64,000 nt of DNA from Eledone cirrhosa (lineage: Eukaryota): positions 167,400,001-167,464,000 of the forward strand of contig OZ024740.1 of assembly GCA_964016885.1 (NCBI GenBank), in the 5' to 3' direction. Below, piece after piece: positions 24,335 through 37,950 of this stretch. The translations under genes were made by a program, and so were the position numbers. The notes beneath the pieces were generated by a model that made no database searches, was not told where the DNA came from, and saw only the letters and a program-made list of their open reading frames with translations. Each line of letters begins with the position of its first letter. Position 1 is the stretch's first letter.

Positions 24335-24463
24335 AGTAATAATAATAAATTTGTAGACTAAAATCCAAAGAGGGCTCGATAAGGATAAATATATATCAAA
24401 TATATAAGAACCGTTAAGGGTGAAAGCAGCGATTCTTTGCTTAAACTTTAATCTGTTATTTTA

Positions 24464-24468
<5 letters not shown>
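24335..24468. repeat. Short (TA)n-flanked PLE-end chimera
   Basis: Left part recurs at 37511-37585 and (reverse) 60465-60505; right part (ccgttaag.gtgaaagc.gcgatt...ctgttattttaataaa) matches the end of the PLE at 48210-48270 and (reverse) 60441-60465. Confidence 0.7.
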
Positions 24469-24496
<28 letters not shown>

Positions 24497-24588
24497 CTCA
24501 AATATTCACCCAAACGCAAACACATATCCATAAATATATATAGGTGTGTGAAATCATGGCATATATATATAGGTGTGTGTAATCATAG

Positions 24589-24639
<51 letters not shown>

Positions 24640-25098
24640 GTGTGTGTCTGTGTCTGTGTGTGTCTGAATGTATATATGTGTACACTTACACACTGACACA
24701 CACACATGTACACCTGCACACTCGGACATGCACACACTTATACCCTTATATGTATTAATTTCCAATAAGACTTTAATGCAAAAACGCACGCAATACTTAA
24801 GGTCATTGAGTGCATATTAAATTATTTTACATATATCGTTCATGTATAGATTTCTAGAAATAGTTCATTACAAATATACATATATAACTGATATTACTCA
24901 AATGTGTAGCCGGAAAATGTCCTGATGTGTAACACGTAGGATATTATATTCTCTGACTTATGTTAGCAAAGCAATATTTAACCTATTTAACAATTTTAAC
25001 AATGGAAATTGTTATTTTCTTTTGTCATATCTCGGTTACATATTATAATGTTTGACGTTTGTGTATTCCGATAGGTCGAGGTGTTTGTTTGGCATTTA

Positions 25099-26033
25099 CA
25101 AGGTGGGCATAAGTTCGGAAGCAAATTTTTGAAATTTGATTTCTAAAAGTGTTATAAGTATATCTTCTTCTATTATCAAGCTAAAACATTAGTCTATGAC
25201 AATATATTGAACTTTGTTAGAATTTCTTAAAGAATTTGAAAATCCAATAGAGAAATGTTACTCAAATTTCATTGCACAGGGAGGTCAGATTTGGATATTG
25301 CAAAGTTATTTTCGGTTGCTAGATATACTGTTTAGAAAGATGTGAATCATTTTAAAGAGCAAAGAAATTTGTCGGATAGACCCAGAAGTGAAAGACCACG
25401 AGCTACACAGACTCCTACTCTCATGAAAACCTTTCAAGAAAGGATAAGAAGAAATGCGAAAATGTCATGAGAGAAATGTCTAAAGGGGTCCGAGTAAGAT
25501 CTAGGACAATGAGTAGAATCACCAAAATGTTTCTAATCATTAAAATGATTAGAATCATCAAAACCAAAAAAAGGCGAGAGAGAAGCAAGAATTTGCTTAA
25601 AGAAATGGAACGTGGCATGGCGGGGTAAATTGTCTTGTAAGATGAAAAGATTTCACTGTTGAGCAGATACACAACCGAGGGAATGATCGATCTATTTGAA
25701 AAAAAAAGCATCAGTGATCAGTATTGACCCAACATCTGTAATTTATACAATGAACCCAGCTTCTGTTATGTTTCATCATCTTGAAGGTCTTCACTCATTT
25801 GTGTGGAGGAAAGGACTACAATCATCTCCGAACCCATACATAAAGGGTATTCATGTTGGTAATGAATATCTGTGGACCTTCCAAAAGAAGGAAGCCACTT
25901 TCCATACAACAAATGTTACACAATCTTGGTGCGAGGCTCTGCCCAAGAGAAATGTGATTCGAGCCCTATGAACTTTTCAGTATCATGTATCCTACAAGCA
26001 TTCTATTTGCTTCCAAACTTACGACCCCACTTG
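25099..26033 (+). mobile_element. Highly decayed maT/Tc1-like transposon
   Basis: TIRs caaggtgggcataagttcggaagcaaat and atttgcttccaaacttacgaccccacttg with TA flanks; remnants DRPRSERPR and DEKIFTVEQIHN. Confidence 0.8.
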
Positions 26034-26864
26034 TATTAGACAAAATTCATCTAGACGAACTTACTTCCTAAATGTGTTCTGTTATGGTGTGGGTGCTGAG
26101 AATGGATCTTTTTCGGGTTTTGCATTCCTATTTCCTTCAATTGTTATTGGTAAGATTGTTATGAGTGGTGTTAGATGTTGCTGTTGTTATTGTTATTGTG
26201 TTGTGTAATATTATCGCTGATTAAGTTGACATGTGGCCAATGGCATTCTAGCAGTGACATTTGCCTCCTTTGTATCTAACAGTAGGCATATCAATTACTG
26301 TACGCTTAAATATGAATTTTGTTTTATTTTACGATGCCAGCATTTGATTCAGTGCATATTTTATTGCTGTTGTTAGGAAGACCAGCGACTGCATGAAATC
26401 TCAATTATGTTCATTTGATAGTTGTTTTCTTCATGGCAAATGCTAAGAATAAGTTCTACTAATTTTTTATGACGACTAGAAATGACTTTTGCATAAATTA
26501 CAATACATTACAATTGCTATACGAAGATATCATTTTAATCACGTGTATTCAGGAGGTTAGTCGCATATTATACTTACTTTTCATAGCTGCCAGCATTTAG
26601 GTCACAGGTTTAGATATACATCACAAATTATATGCTCTGAGTAACAGTGTCGATACAATATTTATTAAAGGTTTTCCTATTCTTTTCTGTACAATAGAAC
26701 CTGATTTGATGTTTAATCGAGTATTTTCCGTACAGATGATGCGTGCCTATATAGGTTTTAAAATAATTTATTGATTATTGTTTACAATGGCATAATCAGC
26801 GTAAGATTGCTAAGCTATGACAAACTCACCGCCCTCACGCATCTATCTGTAAACACACTAGATA

Positions 26865-26965
26865 AAAACGGTTCCTCATCCACCCGCACCTTCCTCTCCA
26901 AGTCGTATAGGGAAGCGTTGATGAAATGTCGGCCAGAGAGGAAAAAGCCTTGCCCTTAAATCATT
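26865..26965 (-). mobile_element. Small L1/Tx1 ORF2 C-terminal fragment
   Basis: Minus strand reads FFLSGRHFINASLYDLERKVRV, matching INFYKFHLERKVRV of the element at 61660-61740. Confidence 0.6.
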
Positions 26966-27179
26966 CAATTGCGTCCACGAAATAATTTGCTTACTATAGC
27001 TACTAGAGAACATTCCTTTCGTTACCAATGTATTCGGAGGATAGGACGTTCAAGAAATAAATCAATTTTATTGTCACAATACAATGAAAGTCCATGAAGT
27101 AAGAATGTTGACATAATGGAAAAGAAAGTAACTTAATTAGGTGTAACAAAAGCACATACGCATATTTTAAAAAGAGAGG

Positions 27180-27296
27180 TATGTATGGTGATGCCCTAAG
27201 GACAGACACTGGTCTGTTGGAGACGCAGGACATGGCAGTGATAATGAGGGACAGCGACGGCTGGAGAGAACTCGTCCATTGAATTTTACTCGCCCT
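27180..27296 (+). mobile_element. RTE-clade LINE 3' end
   Basis: YGDALRTDTGLLETQDMAVIMRDSDGWRELV; same family as 50125-50853. Confidence 0.8.
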
Positions 27297-27311
27297 ATAT
27301 ATATATACTAC

Positions 27312-27344
<33 letters not shown>

Positions 27345-27390
27345 TGTATGTATGTATGTATGTATGTATGTATGTATGTATGTATGTATG

Positions 27391-28450
27391 TCAGGTCACC
27401 AGTTGGTGCTACTGGTAACATGTATCCCAGTACAACCTGACTCAATGGTCGGGTCGTTGGCGACTAAACTGGCAACCCCACCAAGGTTTCTTGGTGAGGA
27501 GGGTGACGTTGGACATCCTGCAGGAATAAAAACAAAACCTGTCAAAGGGCAAAGGAGCTCTTTAGATTCAATGGCCATCCAAAATCACCGGGAGAGATGA
27601 CCCCTTAGCCTTTGTCAAGGCAGAATTCTAGGAGAAGGAAAACTCTGATATAACACCTGCAACCCTGATGGTATCCAATGATGTTGACTTGTTCTTCTTT
27701 TTGGTAAATATCATCTTGGTTAAGAGAGTGGGACTGGCTTTGTGCAGTGCCTTTGCTCACTATAAAAGCTTCACGGCACAAGCATTGCTTTATATCTGGA
27801 GAATTCTCTGCACTTGTCGTCACATGGTACCATGGGCCCAGCACTATGTGTCAATAATTGTCACAAGTGTAGTGTTTGTACCAGAGTTTTCAAGATGTAA
27901 CCCAGTACAACCCATGCCATGGTCGGGTAGTCGGCAACTAAACCGGGAACCCACCAAGTTTACTTGGTGAGGAGGGTGATTTTGGACACCTTGCTGGACA
28001 AAAAACAAAATCTGACAAAGGGCGGAAGAACTCATAAGAGTCAACGGCCATACAAAAGTGTGTAAATATGTATATACATATGTAGATGTGTATGTATATG
28101 CGCGGGAACATAGAAATAGTCGGGCTGGACACCCGATAGCGCGGTTAAGCTAATGGGAGTGAAGGAACCCTAGCCTTTGTCAGGGCATTCTTCTAGGAGA
28201 AGCCAACTCAGGAAACTGGGATAACTCCGATATAAAACCTGCGGCTCAGTAATTACCGTTGATGTTGATCTTTTCATCTTTTCGGGTTATAGCTACTGTC
28301 GCTCAGAGAGTGAGATTGGCTCAGTGCACAGTCTTTCCTCACTTTAAAGAATATCTTCACGCACAGGCATTGCACGATAGAATTAATTAATAATTATTAA
28401 TAATGGCATATTGTGCAATGGCCATACTCGATAACGAGGGGTCAGCCATC
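27391..28450 (+). repeat. Two tandem copies of structured repeat family A plus 3' modules
   Basis: Copies at 27391-27790 and 27895-28375; contains ctaggagaaggaaaactctgat; preceded by (TATG)n; ends ggccatactcgataacgagg..cagccatc-(TA)n. Confidence 0.75.
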
Positions 28451-29374
28451 ATATATATATATATATAGATCATTGATTCTGATCAATCTATAAGGCGGTA
28501 ACCATAGATAAACGTTTATGGATTTTTTTAAATATATAATTATATATAATAGTTATTTTCATGAAGTGTTTTTTATGATTATTTATTTATTTAATGACCA
28601 CTATTTTTATACGAAATTTATGAGCCTTTATTATATAATAAAAGACGACCCACATTACCTCTCTTTTTATGTAATTATGTCTGGTTTTTCTCCACAGATT
28701 GTGTATAATCTATGAATACATTATACAGAATAATACTGTTGTTGTTTGAATTATTATTGTTTGTTGGTGGGGGCTTTATTTCGCTAGGTTCTGTTGGGCT
28801 TCTCTGTTGCCTGGTTCAGTGCTAACAGGAGAATGCAGTTTAGATTGAAATCGTGCGGTATGTTAGTTTTGAACAGCGGAGAAATTACAAAATACCGCGT
28901 AATTTTATCAGAAGCCTACCAATTATGCCAATACACCACCCTTATTTTTGTAAATATATATGTAAACATAACCATTTGAAATGTTCTCTGTAATGCCAGC
29001 AACTTTATCAATTTAGTGAATTTGTTTCAACCAACGTTCTCATGTGCTGCAGCAGGCGTATCTTCCCTTGGTTTATGGAGCTATATCTCATTTGAACTAA
29101 CACTAAATAAGCCAGATTGAGCTACTACTGGAAAACGAATAATCCTGAATAAAAATAACTGAAGTTATGGTTGTATGGTCAAGGATTGCGTTGCCAAACG
29201 ATTAAGTTTCTTGTTTACTTTCGCAGCACAGCATCTTTGGAAGTCGCTTATACAATAGCCTCGAATTGACCAAATTTTCTGAGTGAAATGTTGTAGAGGT
29301 AAACTGAATGGAAGCACGACAGGTATGTGCCTATATACAACCCCACCACACACACAGACACTCGAAGATACACA

Positions 29375-29475
<101 letters not shown>

Positions 29476-29678
29476 TAATAAAAACAATGAATAAAAACAA
29501 AAAAACAGTTCCTTATATTAAAAAAATTCATCATTTTACGATCGTTTCTAGGATATATATGTATGTGTTGGTATGTATATCTTATAGATCTATGTAAAAG
29601 TTTTACAAACTATCAGAGGGAATATACATACCTACACATATATATGCTGTCTTCAGAAATAAAGGTAGATTTATCTAC

Positions 29679-29776
<98 letters not shown>

Positions 29777-29904
29777 ATATACAGAGATAAAGAGTAAGAA
29801 GAAAAGAGAGAGAGTGGGAGTAACATTTATTCCTAACGTAGGGCCTATTCTATTTGTGCATCGAACATCCTTAGATTTTAATAGCTCTGGTCTGGTGTGT
29901 GTGT

Positions 29905-29943
<39 letters not shown>

Positions 29944-30507
29944 TGTGTCTGAATGTGTGTGTGTGTGTGTGTGTGTGTGATTGTGTGTGTGTTTGTGTGT
30001 GTGTATGTTTGTGTCTGAGTGTGTCTCTCTGTGCTTATGCATGAAGAGAAACACGTGCCAATATTTCCGATAGAAGATAAATTGATCTAGGAAGTCTTTT
30101 ACAGAGATAATTAAACGAACAAATTATTTATTTTTCATTGTTACTTTTCTTTTGTTTCTATTTTTGTTCTTCTTCTTGGTGTTATTGTTTTTGTGATTGG
30201 GGCTTTCCTTTTCTTGTAATTGTTGTTTTCTTGCCGTACTTTTTGGCCTGTTTTCTATAAATTTTATTTTCTCTTATTAGTTCTTTCTTTTTAACCAATT
30301 TCCACTCTCTTATGTATCGAATATTATTGAGAGAAATTGGTCTAGAAGGAAACAGCAGTATGGCAAGAGAAATTTACTTCATTTAGATATAAAGCTTTGC
30401 CCTCTATTAGTAGCAAGCGGCATTCCAAGCGGTATTCCACACCGATCGATTGTTCCTGCGCTTATTGAATTTTTCTTCGCTATTGCAATAAAAATAATAG
30501 TAATAAT

Positions 30508-30540
<33 letters not shown>

Positions 30541-30902
30541 AAGAAGAAGAAGAAGAAGAGAAGATGGTGGTGGAGGAGGAAGAAGAAGAAGAACTGTGAT
30601 ACAGATTACAATAATAATAGTAATGATAACTGTATGAGGCAATGTTAAGGAAGTGTATAAAGGATAGGATGAAGAAGCTGTTTCCTAGAATAAATTTGTG
30701 GACTTGAAAATTAATTGACTGCAAAGAAAATGATTGAATTTTATCCAATTTGAATCAATGAATAAATAATTATTATTTGTAAAAGGTTACTTCCCTAAAA
30801 TATTAAAATCTAAAATGATGCCGTGTGGTGTTACGTACCAGGTGGTGTTCAAACGCATACATACATACACATATACAAACACACACATACTCACACACAC
30901 AC

Positions 30903-30943
<41 letters not shown>

Positions 30944-30999
30944 TAGATAGATAGATAGATATAGATATATATATGCATATATATATATATATATGTATG

Positions 31000-31063
<64 letters not shown>

Positions 31064-31117
31064 TAGATAGATAGATATATATATGCATATATATATATGT
31101 ATGTATGTATATATATG

Positions 31118-31221
<104 letters not shown>

Positions 31222-31735
31222 AGGGTCTGTGGTGCCAAGTCCGAAAAGATCACCAATAAAAATAGTACTTGGTGCATAATGGGATGCAGATTTTGTATAT
31301 TTGGGAGGAATATATTTATTCGTGAGCTGATGGTCGTATATCTTGTTTTAAATATATGTATATACGTATTTATACGATGTAGGAAGCTAAGGCGCAGAAA
31401 ATAACTTTCTTTACAGTCAGTTGCTATAGAATAACTAAAAATCGGGTAATAACCCCGAGCGACGGAAATGGCCGCTACGAATTCTCGAACTCAGTAACTC
31501 ACCGATGCCAGCTAGGTGTTCTTGTACTATTAAGCTTACCGTGGAAATAAAGAGATAAAGCAAACAGCTTTTGGAGATATAATGACACACCTGTGTGAAG
31601 CTCGAAGTTTCGAAATTATTAAAGCTGAGTTTTTTTTAAACCCGAACTTTTATAAGCTTTTTTATAACAACTGTTTATATTTGCAATTAATTTTGACGTC
31701 TGAGTTTCCTACAGTAAGTTTGCATATATAAATAA

Positions 31736-31776
<41 letters not shown>

Positions 31777-32039
31777 CTTTTTTTTAACGAATTAGATAAA
31801 AGCTTTTCTAGATCACATAAATACAGTCAAATCGTTAATCCAAACACACACTTTCTTACTCGATAACCAAAAGCATAGCCCAAAATATATCTAAGATTAA
31901 CAATACAAATCGTGGAATTAAACATAAAGAAATAACTCACAATAACAAGTACAGAAACACTGATAGAGTAAACAGCAACTCGAATAACAGGGATAACACC
32001 ATTAACATAAATGAGACACATAGACACAGGGAGGGAATA

Positions 32040-32425
32040 ATGAATTGCAACGTAAATAATTGCAATTGCAGAAATAGTAATTGTTGCCCAATGAAAAATA
32101 ACTGTTTAGAGCAAAATATTGTTTATAAATGTGAAGTAAAAACGAGTATTAAGACTTTTAAATATATTGGTGCAACTTCTACTGCATTTCAGGAGATGGT
32201 GATACAACCATCGCCACTCATTTAAAAGAGCTGATAAAATATATAGCACGGCCGAATCGGGTCTGAAAAGTCACTAAAAAAGAAACAAGTGGAATACTCC
32301 CTTTCTCGGTCAAAACTCTCACAGGCTTTTCCATATATAAATGGATCTATATCTAGTGGGTGTGACCCCTGTACTACAGAGACTCTACACATCATAAATA
32401 GAAGACATGAAATTATTAATAATAC
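32040..32425 (+). pseudogene. Penelope-like GIY-YIG endonuclease remnant (CxC..CP linker type)
   Basis: CNCRNSNCCPMKNNCLEQNIVYKCEV...KYIGATST; after a frameshift YNHRHSF...AFPYINGS...CDPCTTE. Confidence 0.85.
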
Positions 32426-32895
32426 ATTTCGTAGAGTATATAGTTAAAAATTAAATAATGTTAAATAGACCACCAAATAGTTAATTAAGCATTCATAAAT
32501 ATATAGATACATAATAACATCAGCGTCAAAGTAGAAATATCTAAAATTGGAATATCTATCTCCCACACATATAAAAACTGCTTCTTGAGAATTTCGGACA
32601 TATGCTTACTGGTCTGCGTCGTAAATGACACGTATGACCGGTAACATATCAATGGATCTTTGCATCTCGTTTGGATTTATGTCTGTTGAACAATACGTAT
32701 AACAAAATAAAAAGGGATGTACAAATGAAACCTCCTTTCTTGTTTATTATTGTAATGGTTTCTACTATTGGCACAAGGCCAGCAATTATTTAAGGAATGA
32801 AACTCCAGATGAACAAATACCGTGGAGTGCTTTTCCTCTGTCAAGAAAAAGTCGGCAGATTTTCCATCAACCAACTTTCTTCAATTGAATAAAAA

Positions 32896-33262
<367 letters not shown>

Positions 33263-33359
33263 GGGGGGGAGAGAGTTATGCACGTCCGGCTGTGAGTGTC
33301 TATACTTACATGGCTGCGTTTGTGTGTACATGTCTCTGAACATATAACTCACTATTTGA

Positions 33360-33419
<60 letters not shown>

Positions 33420-33548
33420 AATTAGTATGTCTACCAACATATATATACAGATCCATACCTATGGTAGCAAATATATAGGTTTTGTCTTAGTAACTTTGTA
33501 GTTCAAGGGGTTGCAGAACAATTATATGAAATACGTGGCTGAGAATTG

Positions 33549-33631
33549 ACTTCCTGATGACGAAACGCATTCTCCATTTGTTCTATTCGGAAACCATGTT
33601 TATTCCCTTTCAGAAACTAATTAGTTGTAGT
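33549..33631 (+). ncRNA. Type I hammerhead ribozyme-like motif
   Basis: acttc CTGATGA cgaaa...tttca GAAA ctaattag TT gtagt; palindromic stem III ACTAATTAGT. Confidence 0.65.
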
Positions 33632-33679
33632 GAAATTTTAGTAAGTAAGTTAATTTTTATAATTTTCTTATTTTACGTC

Positions 33680-33711
<32 letters not shown>

Positions 33712-34281
33712 GCTCAAATAGGGAATTATATATATATATACCTCTCTAACAGGCGCTAACGGTTCTTTCTGTAACCGCCACTCTTTCACCAACGTAATCC
33801 ACCCACGCAGTATATGCCCTCCGGTGCCCTTTCCATTGTGGGTCCATCGAACAACCAGGTTACGGCGTGGCTGACCGATGCTTGGCAGAACGCTTCGCTG
33901 CACACTTGATAGACATACTATTCCGCTGAATACCCTCGTCGCATGTCTCAGTACTTCGTGTATTGCTGGCCTCGCGCACAATCATGAGCAGTGTCAGATT
34001 TTACTACCTCGGTCCAGTTTTCCAACTCTTTAATTTTGAAAACATACGCTCGCTCTTACTTTTGTTCCTCTAGACCCTATCATTCCTTCCTCGTCCGTTG
34101 TCACACATGCGCACATATATTCACCCCTTATGTTCCTTGAAAATTATTTTGACAATTTGGTTCGTGGCAATTGTACTTGAAACCGATTGTCAAAGTAGAC
34201 AAACCGGACCAATGAAACACTTGTTAATACATGCAATAAACCTTTCAGTATGGGTGATTCGTGTTATTCTTCATTCCTTTA

Positions 34282-34431
<150 letters not shown>

Positions 34432-35055
34432 TTGAAAAAAAGGAAAAGAATGACTTCACTTGTAGTGTTAAAAAATGTATGATTTAATGTTATAATATAC
34501 TATTATAATATTATGAGTTGGTAGATCCAGGGAAGCAGACGGAGAGGGCGACCCAATATGAACTGGCGCCAGACAGTTGAGAGGGACCTGCGAGCGACAA
34601 ACAAACAATGGTGGGACGCTGTGCAGCTGGCTGCTGACCGAACGCGATGGAAAACTATGATTGCCTCATGCGTCGCAAGACGCGGGAGCTTCTGAGTCTG
34701 AGTAGATCCAGTAAGTTCTTTGTTAGCTTCGGTGGGAAGAATTTTAAAGATTCCTGGTTAACTTTGGTTGGAGAACTTTCTCGCATTCTTCTGTCAGAGG
34801 CGATTGTCAAACTGAGATCAATTTGTGTTGAAATGTGTGACTATATATAAGAGAGATTTGGATGTGTCTGGGGTGTGGCATGTGGTATTAATGAGTGTTG
34901 ATGATGATGAAGGTCTGGAGGAATTAAAGTATACATACATACACACACACACACATACGTACACACACACACACACACGTACACACACGCACATACACAT
35001 CATATATCTTTTAACACTACAAGAGAAATCATTATTTTCCTTTTTTTCAAATATA
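34432..35055. mobile_element. PLE-like terminal repeat with an inverted copy of its end
   Basis: Homologous to 21640-21835; 35001-35055 is the reverse complement of about 34428-34480; interrupted by an RTE. Confidence 0.6.
34531..34701 (+). mobile_element. 5'-truncated RTE-clade LINE insertion
   Basis: GSRRRGRPNMNWRQTVERDL...AADRTRWK; (ctgagt)n tail; 10-bp TSD gtagatccag at 34521-34530 and 34702-34711. Confidence 0.9.
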
Positions 35056-35213
35056 CCTAACTGTACCAAGGATCTCACACATTTTCCAATATATATATAT
35101 ATATATTAATGATATAGATATCCCAGTAGATACTATGTACCCAAGGAAATATATATGGTATCTATAATAGTGGTTGTTCTATGGTACTAATTTGAGATAC
35201 CAGAACTGTAAAT

Positions 35214-35607
35214 ATGAGCGGAACAAAGAAACATTAAACAATCTTTTAAATAAATTAAAATACGATTTAAATATTTACCTCATCTAATGCCATGACCGAC
35301 GGTTTCCCTTATCAAAAGATTGGAAATTCAGAGAATTTCTAAGGGAAAGATATAGCTCTTCAGATAGCTTTTCCAAATCTACTAGACATAAGTCCTTATA
35401 GATGTAGATATATCACCCACTTCCCAGTGAATGAATCAAGCCGTTAAATGACCGACACACTTAAGCTATATCTTTCCATTGGAAATTCTCTGAATTTCCA
35501 ATCATTTGATAAGCGAAACCGTCGGTCATAGCACTAGAAGAGATAAATATTTAAATCGCATTTTAATTTATTTAAAAGATTGTTTAATGTTTACTTGTTC
35601 CGATCAT
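35214..35607. repeat. Inverted repeat with ~145-bp arms, each carrying a minimal hammerhead-like motif
   Basis: 35214-35357 is the reverse complement of 35464-35607; motif cat TTGATAA gc GAAA ccgtcgg TC at(a/g). Confidence 0.85.
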
Positions 35608-35663
35608 ATATATATATATATATATATATAGTTAAAAGAATAGAGGTGTAACACACAAGTTAT

Positions 35664-36057
35664 TATATATTGGTAAACGGAATAGAAAATGCTGACAAAT
35701 TGTTCACAGTTGAAAAATGGTTTAATTAGGAATAAAAGAGTATTAGTGATTGTATGGGTTAGTATTCAGTTGTGGTTTTAAGTTTTTAAGTTTTTACCGG
35801 TTGCGCATTTCTAAATGCTTTTCAAAAATAATTTTGAGATAGAGTGTCCGTGCTATTTGCTCAGATCAGAGCAAACAGCACGGACACTCTATCTCAAAAT
35901 TATTTTTGAAAAGCATTTAGAGATGCGCAACCGGTAAAAACTTTAAAACTTAAAACCACAATTGAATACTAACCCATACAATCACTAATACTCCTTTATT
36001 CCTAATTAAACCATTTTTCAACTGTGAACAATTTGTCAGCATTTTCTATTCCGTTTA

Positions 36058-36066
<9 letters not shown>
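35664..36066. repeat. Near-perfect palindrome with ~200-bp arms (PLE pseudo-LTR fold-back)
   Basis: Axis at about 35865 (tttgctc-agatca-gagcaaa); both ends in (TA)n. Confidence 0.92.
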
Positions 36067-36099
<33 letters not shown>

Positions 36100-36154
36100 A
36101 ACGAGTAGGACCCCGACGGCTGAGCTGAAGCCGTTTCGACGGCTAATTCTGGAC

Positions 36155-36185
<31 letters not shown>

Positions 36186-36189
36186 TACA

Positions 36190-36243
<54 letters not shown>

Positions 36244-36271
36244 TATGAATTTATTTATTTATTTATTTATA

Positions 36272-36302
<31 letters not shown>

Positions 36303-36358
36303 GAATTTATTTATTTATTTATTTATTTATTTATATATATGTATATATATATATGAAT

Positions 36359-36389
<31 letters not shown>

Positions 36390-36392
36390 TAT

Positions 36393-36626
36393 ATACTCGA
36401 CCCGAGTATGCTTAGCTGTATTTGTTTTGTGTTGTTCTTAATGTTTTTTTTATTATTTCTCTAGGACTGCTGATATTTTCTTTGAAAGCAACGTTTTTGT
36501 ATTGGCCCTTAAACTACTACCGTGGACCCCCGAGGAGCCCACTTTCATCAGGCAAGCTGACGAGCTGGTGAGTCCGCCAAAATATAAATATATATATATA
36601 TTGTGGCGGACCCACCACCTCGTCAG

Positions 36627-36630
<4 letters not shown>
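36393..36630. repeat. (TA)n-anchored repeat with a short inverted end copy
   Basis: 36393-36580 is homologous to 39481-39662; 36601-36628 is an inverted copy of its end. Confidence 0.75.
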
Positions 36631-36715
<85 letters not shown>

Positions 36716-36769
36716 AGAGGGAGAGAGAGAGATGTATATATATATATATATATATCATATATATATATG

Positions 36770-36815
<46 letters not shown>

Positions 36816-36835
36816 CATATATATATATATATATA

Positions 36836-36881
<46 letters not shown>

Positions 36882-37459
36882 CGAGAAAGAAATCGGACTG
36901 GTATGCCTACATATATATTTATAGATACACTCGTGAGTGTTGTACAAATATAGCCGTATATACATATACATGATCTCTTTTCACCTTGAGTTCTAGTCTT
37001 ACCTATCGAAATCTCACAATATCACTTTTAGTAACTAGACGAAAATCAAAATATACATGTATCTCTACCGCCAATACAGATAATGAAGCGAACATTTTTT
37101 TGTAGATATTCGAAATAAAATGGCTGAGTTAAATAAATCTAGTTTCTAATGACGGACATAATGAAAAATGTATCAATCCACCATATGCTATTAGCATCAC
37201 ATTGCATAACTTAATAGATTATGCAGTTCAAATTTTGCTTGTATCTTCCTATCATCCTTCCGGGGTTGACCAAATAAACTACCTGATTTGTTAATTTCAA
37301 ATTCCAAACATTCATCTCTGAAACATTTATCGTCTTTCCTGCTTTATGGCTTCCATTAAATATCTATATAATATCCTTCCTTTCCTGCTTCGTTTATTCT
37401 ATTTGTCAAACTCCGCGTTTAATATTATCTATTTTCAAATCCCCCCCCCCCCTATATAT

Positions 37460-37513
<54 letters not shown>

Positions 37514-37584
37514 ATAATAATAAAATTTGAAGACTAAAATCCAAAGAGGACTCGATAAGGATAAATATCAAATATATAAGAACC

Positions 37585-37628
<44 letters not shown>

Positions 37629-37950
37629 CTATATATTTAATTATATGAGTACAAAGAAAGTGTCCACGTGCAAAAATGGTATAAAGAGTGCTTATAAAAT
37701 AGGGTGAAGTCCGTTAAAAGATGGAAAAAGAAATTGCGATCAACTGCTGCTATCTCCAAAATATGGCGTTCAAATCGCATAGCGGTCTTTGGCAAATAAT
37801 TTCTTCCGTTTTTAAGGTTGTTTACTTTATGTTTTAAGCAATATTTACAGCATTTCTGAGCTTAATCACTTTCTTTATACTTATATAATTACATATAATT
37901 TCATCGCTTCAAAAGCCAAAAATTCTGCTTCGTACATTGTATATATATAT

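Noticed and set aside
28140-28165. gctaatggga resembling the HDV ribozyme J4/2-P2 end
   Set aside because: No upstream P2 partner or P3/L3 motif, and absent from the other family A copies.
33745-34020. GC-rich stretch and 99-aa ORF, possibly a LINE 3' end
   Set aside because: Only faint similarity (RRAYTAWVDYV); cannot be assigned.
36470-36560. CTGATGA...GAAA on the minus strand of the 36.4/39.5 kb repeat
   Set aside because: Stems I and II do not close properly and the second copy lacks the core.
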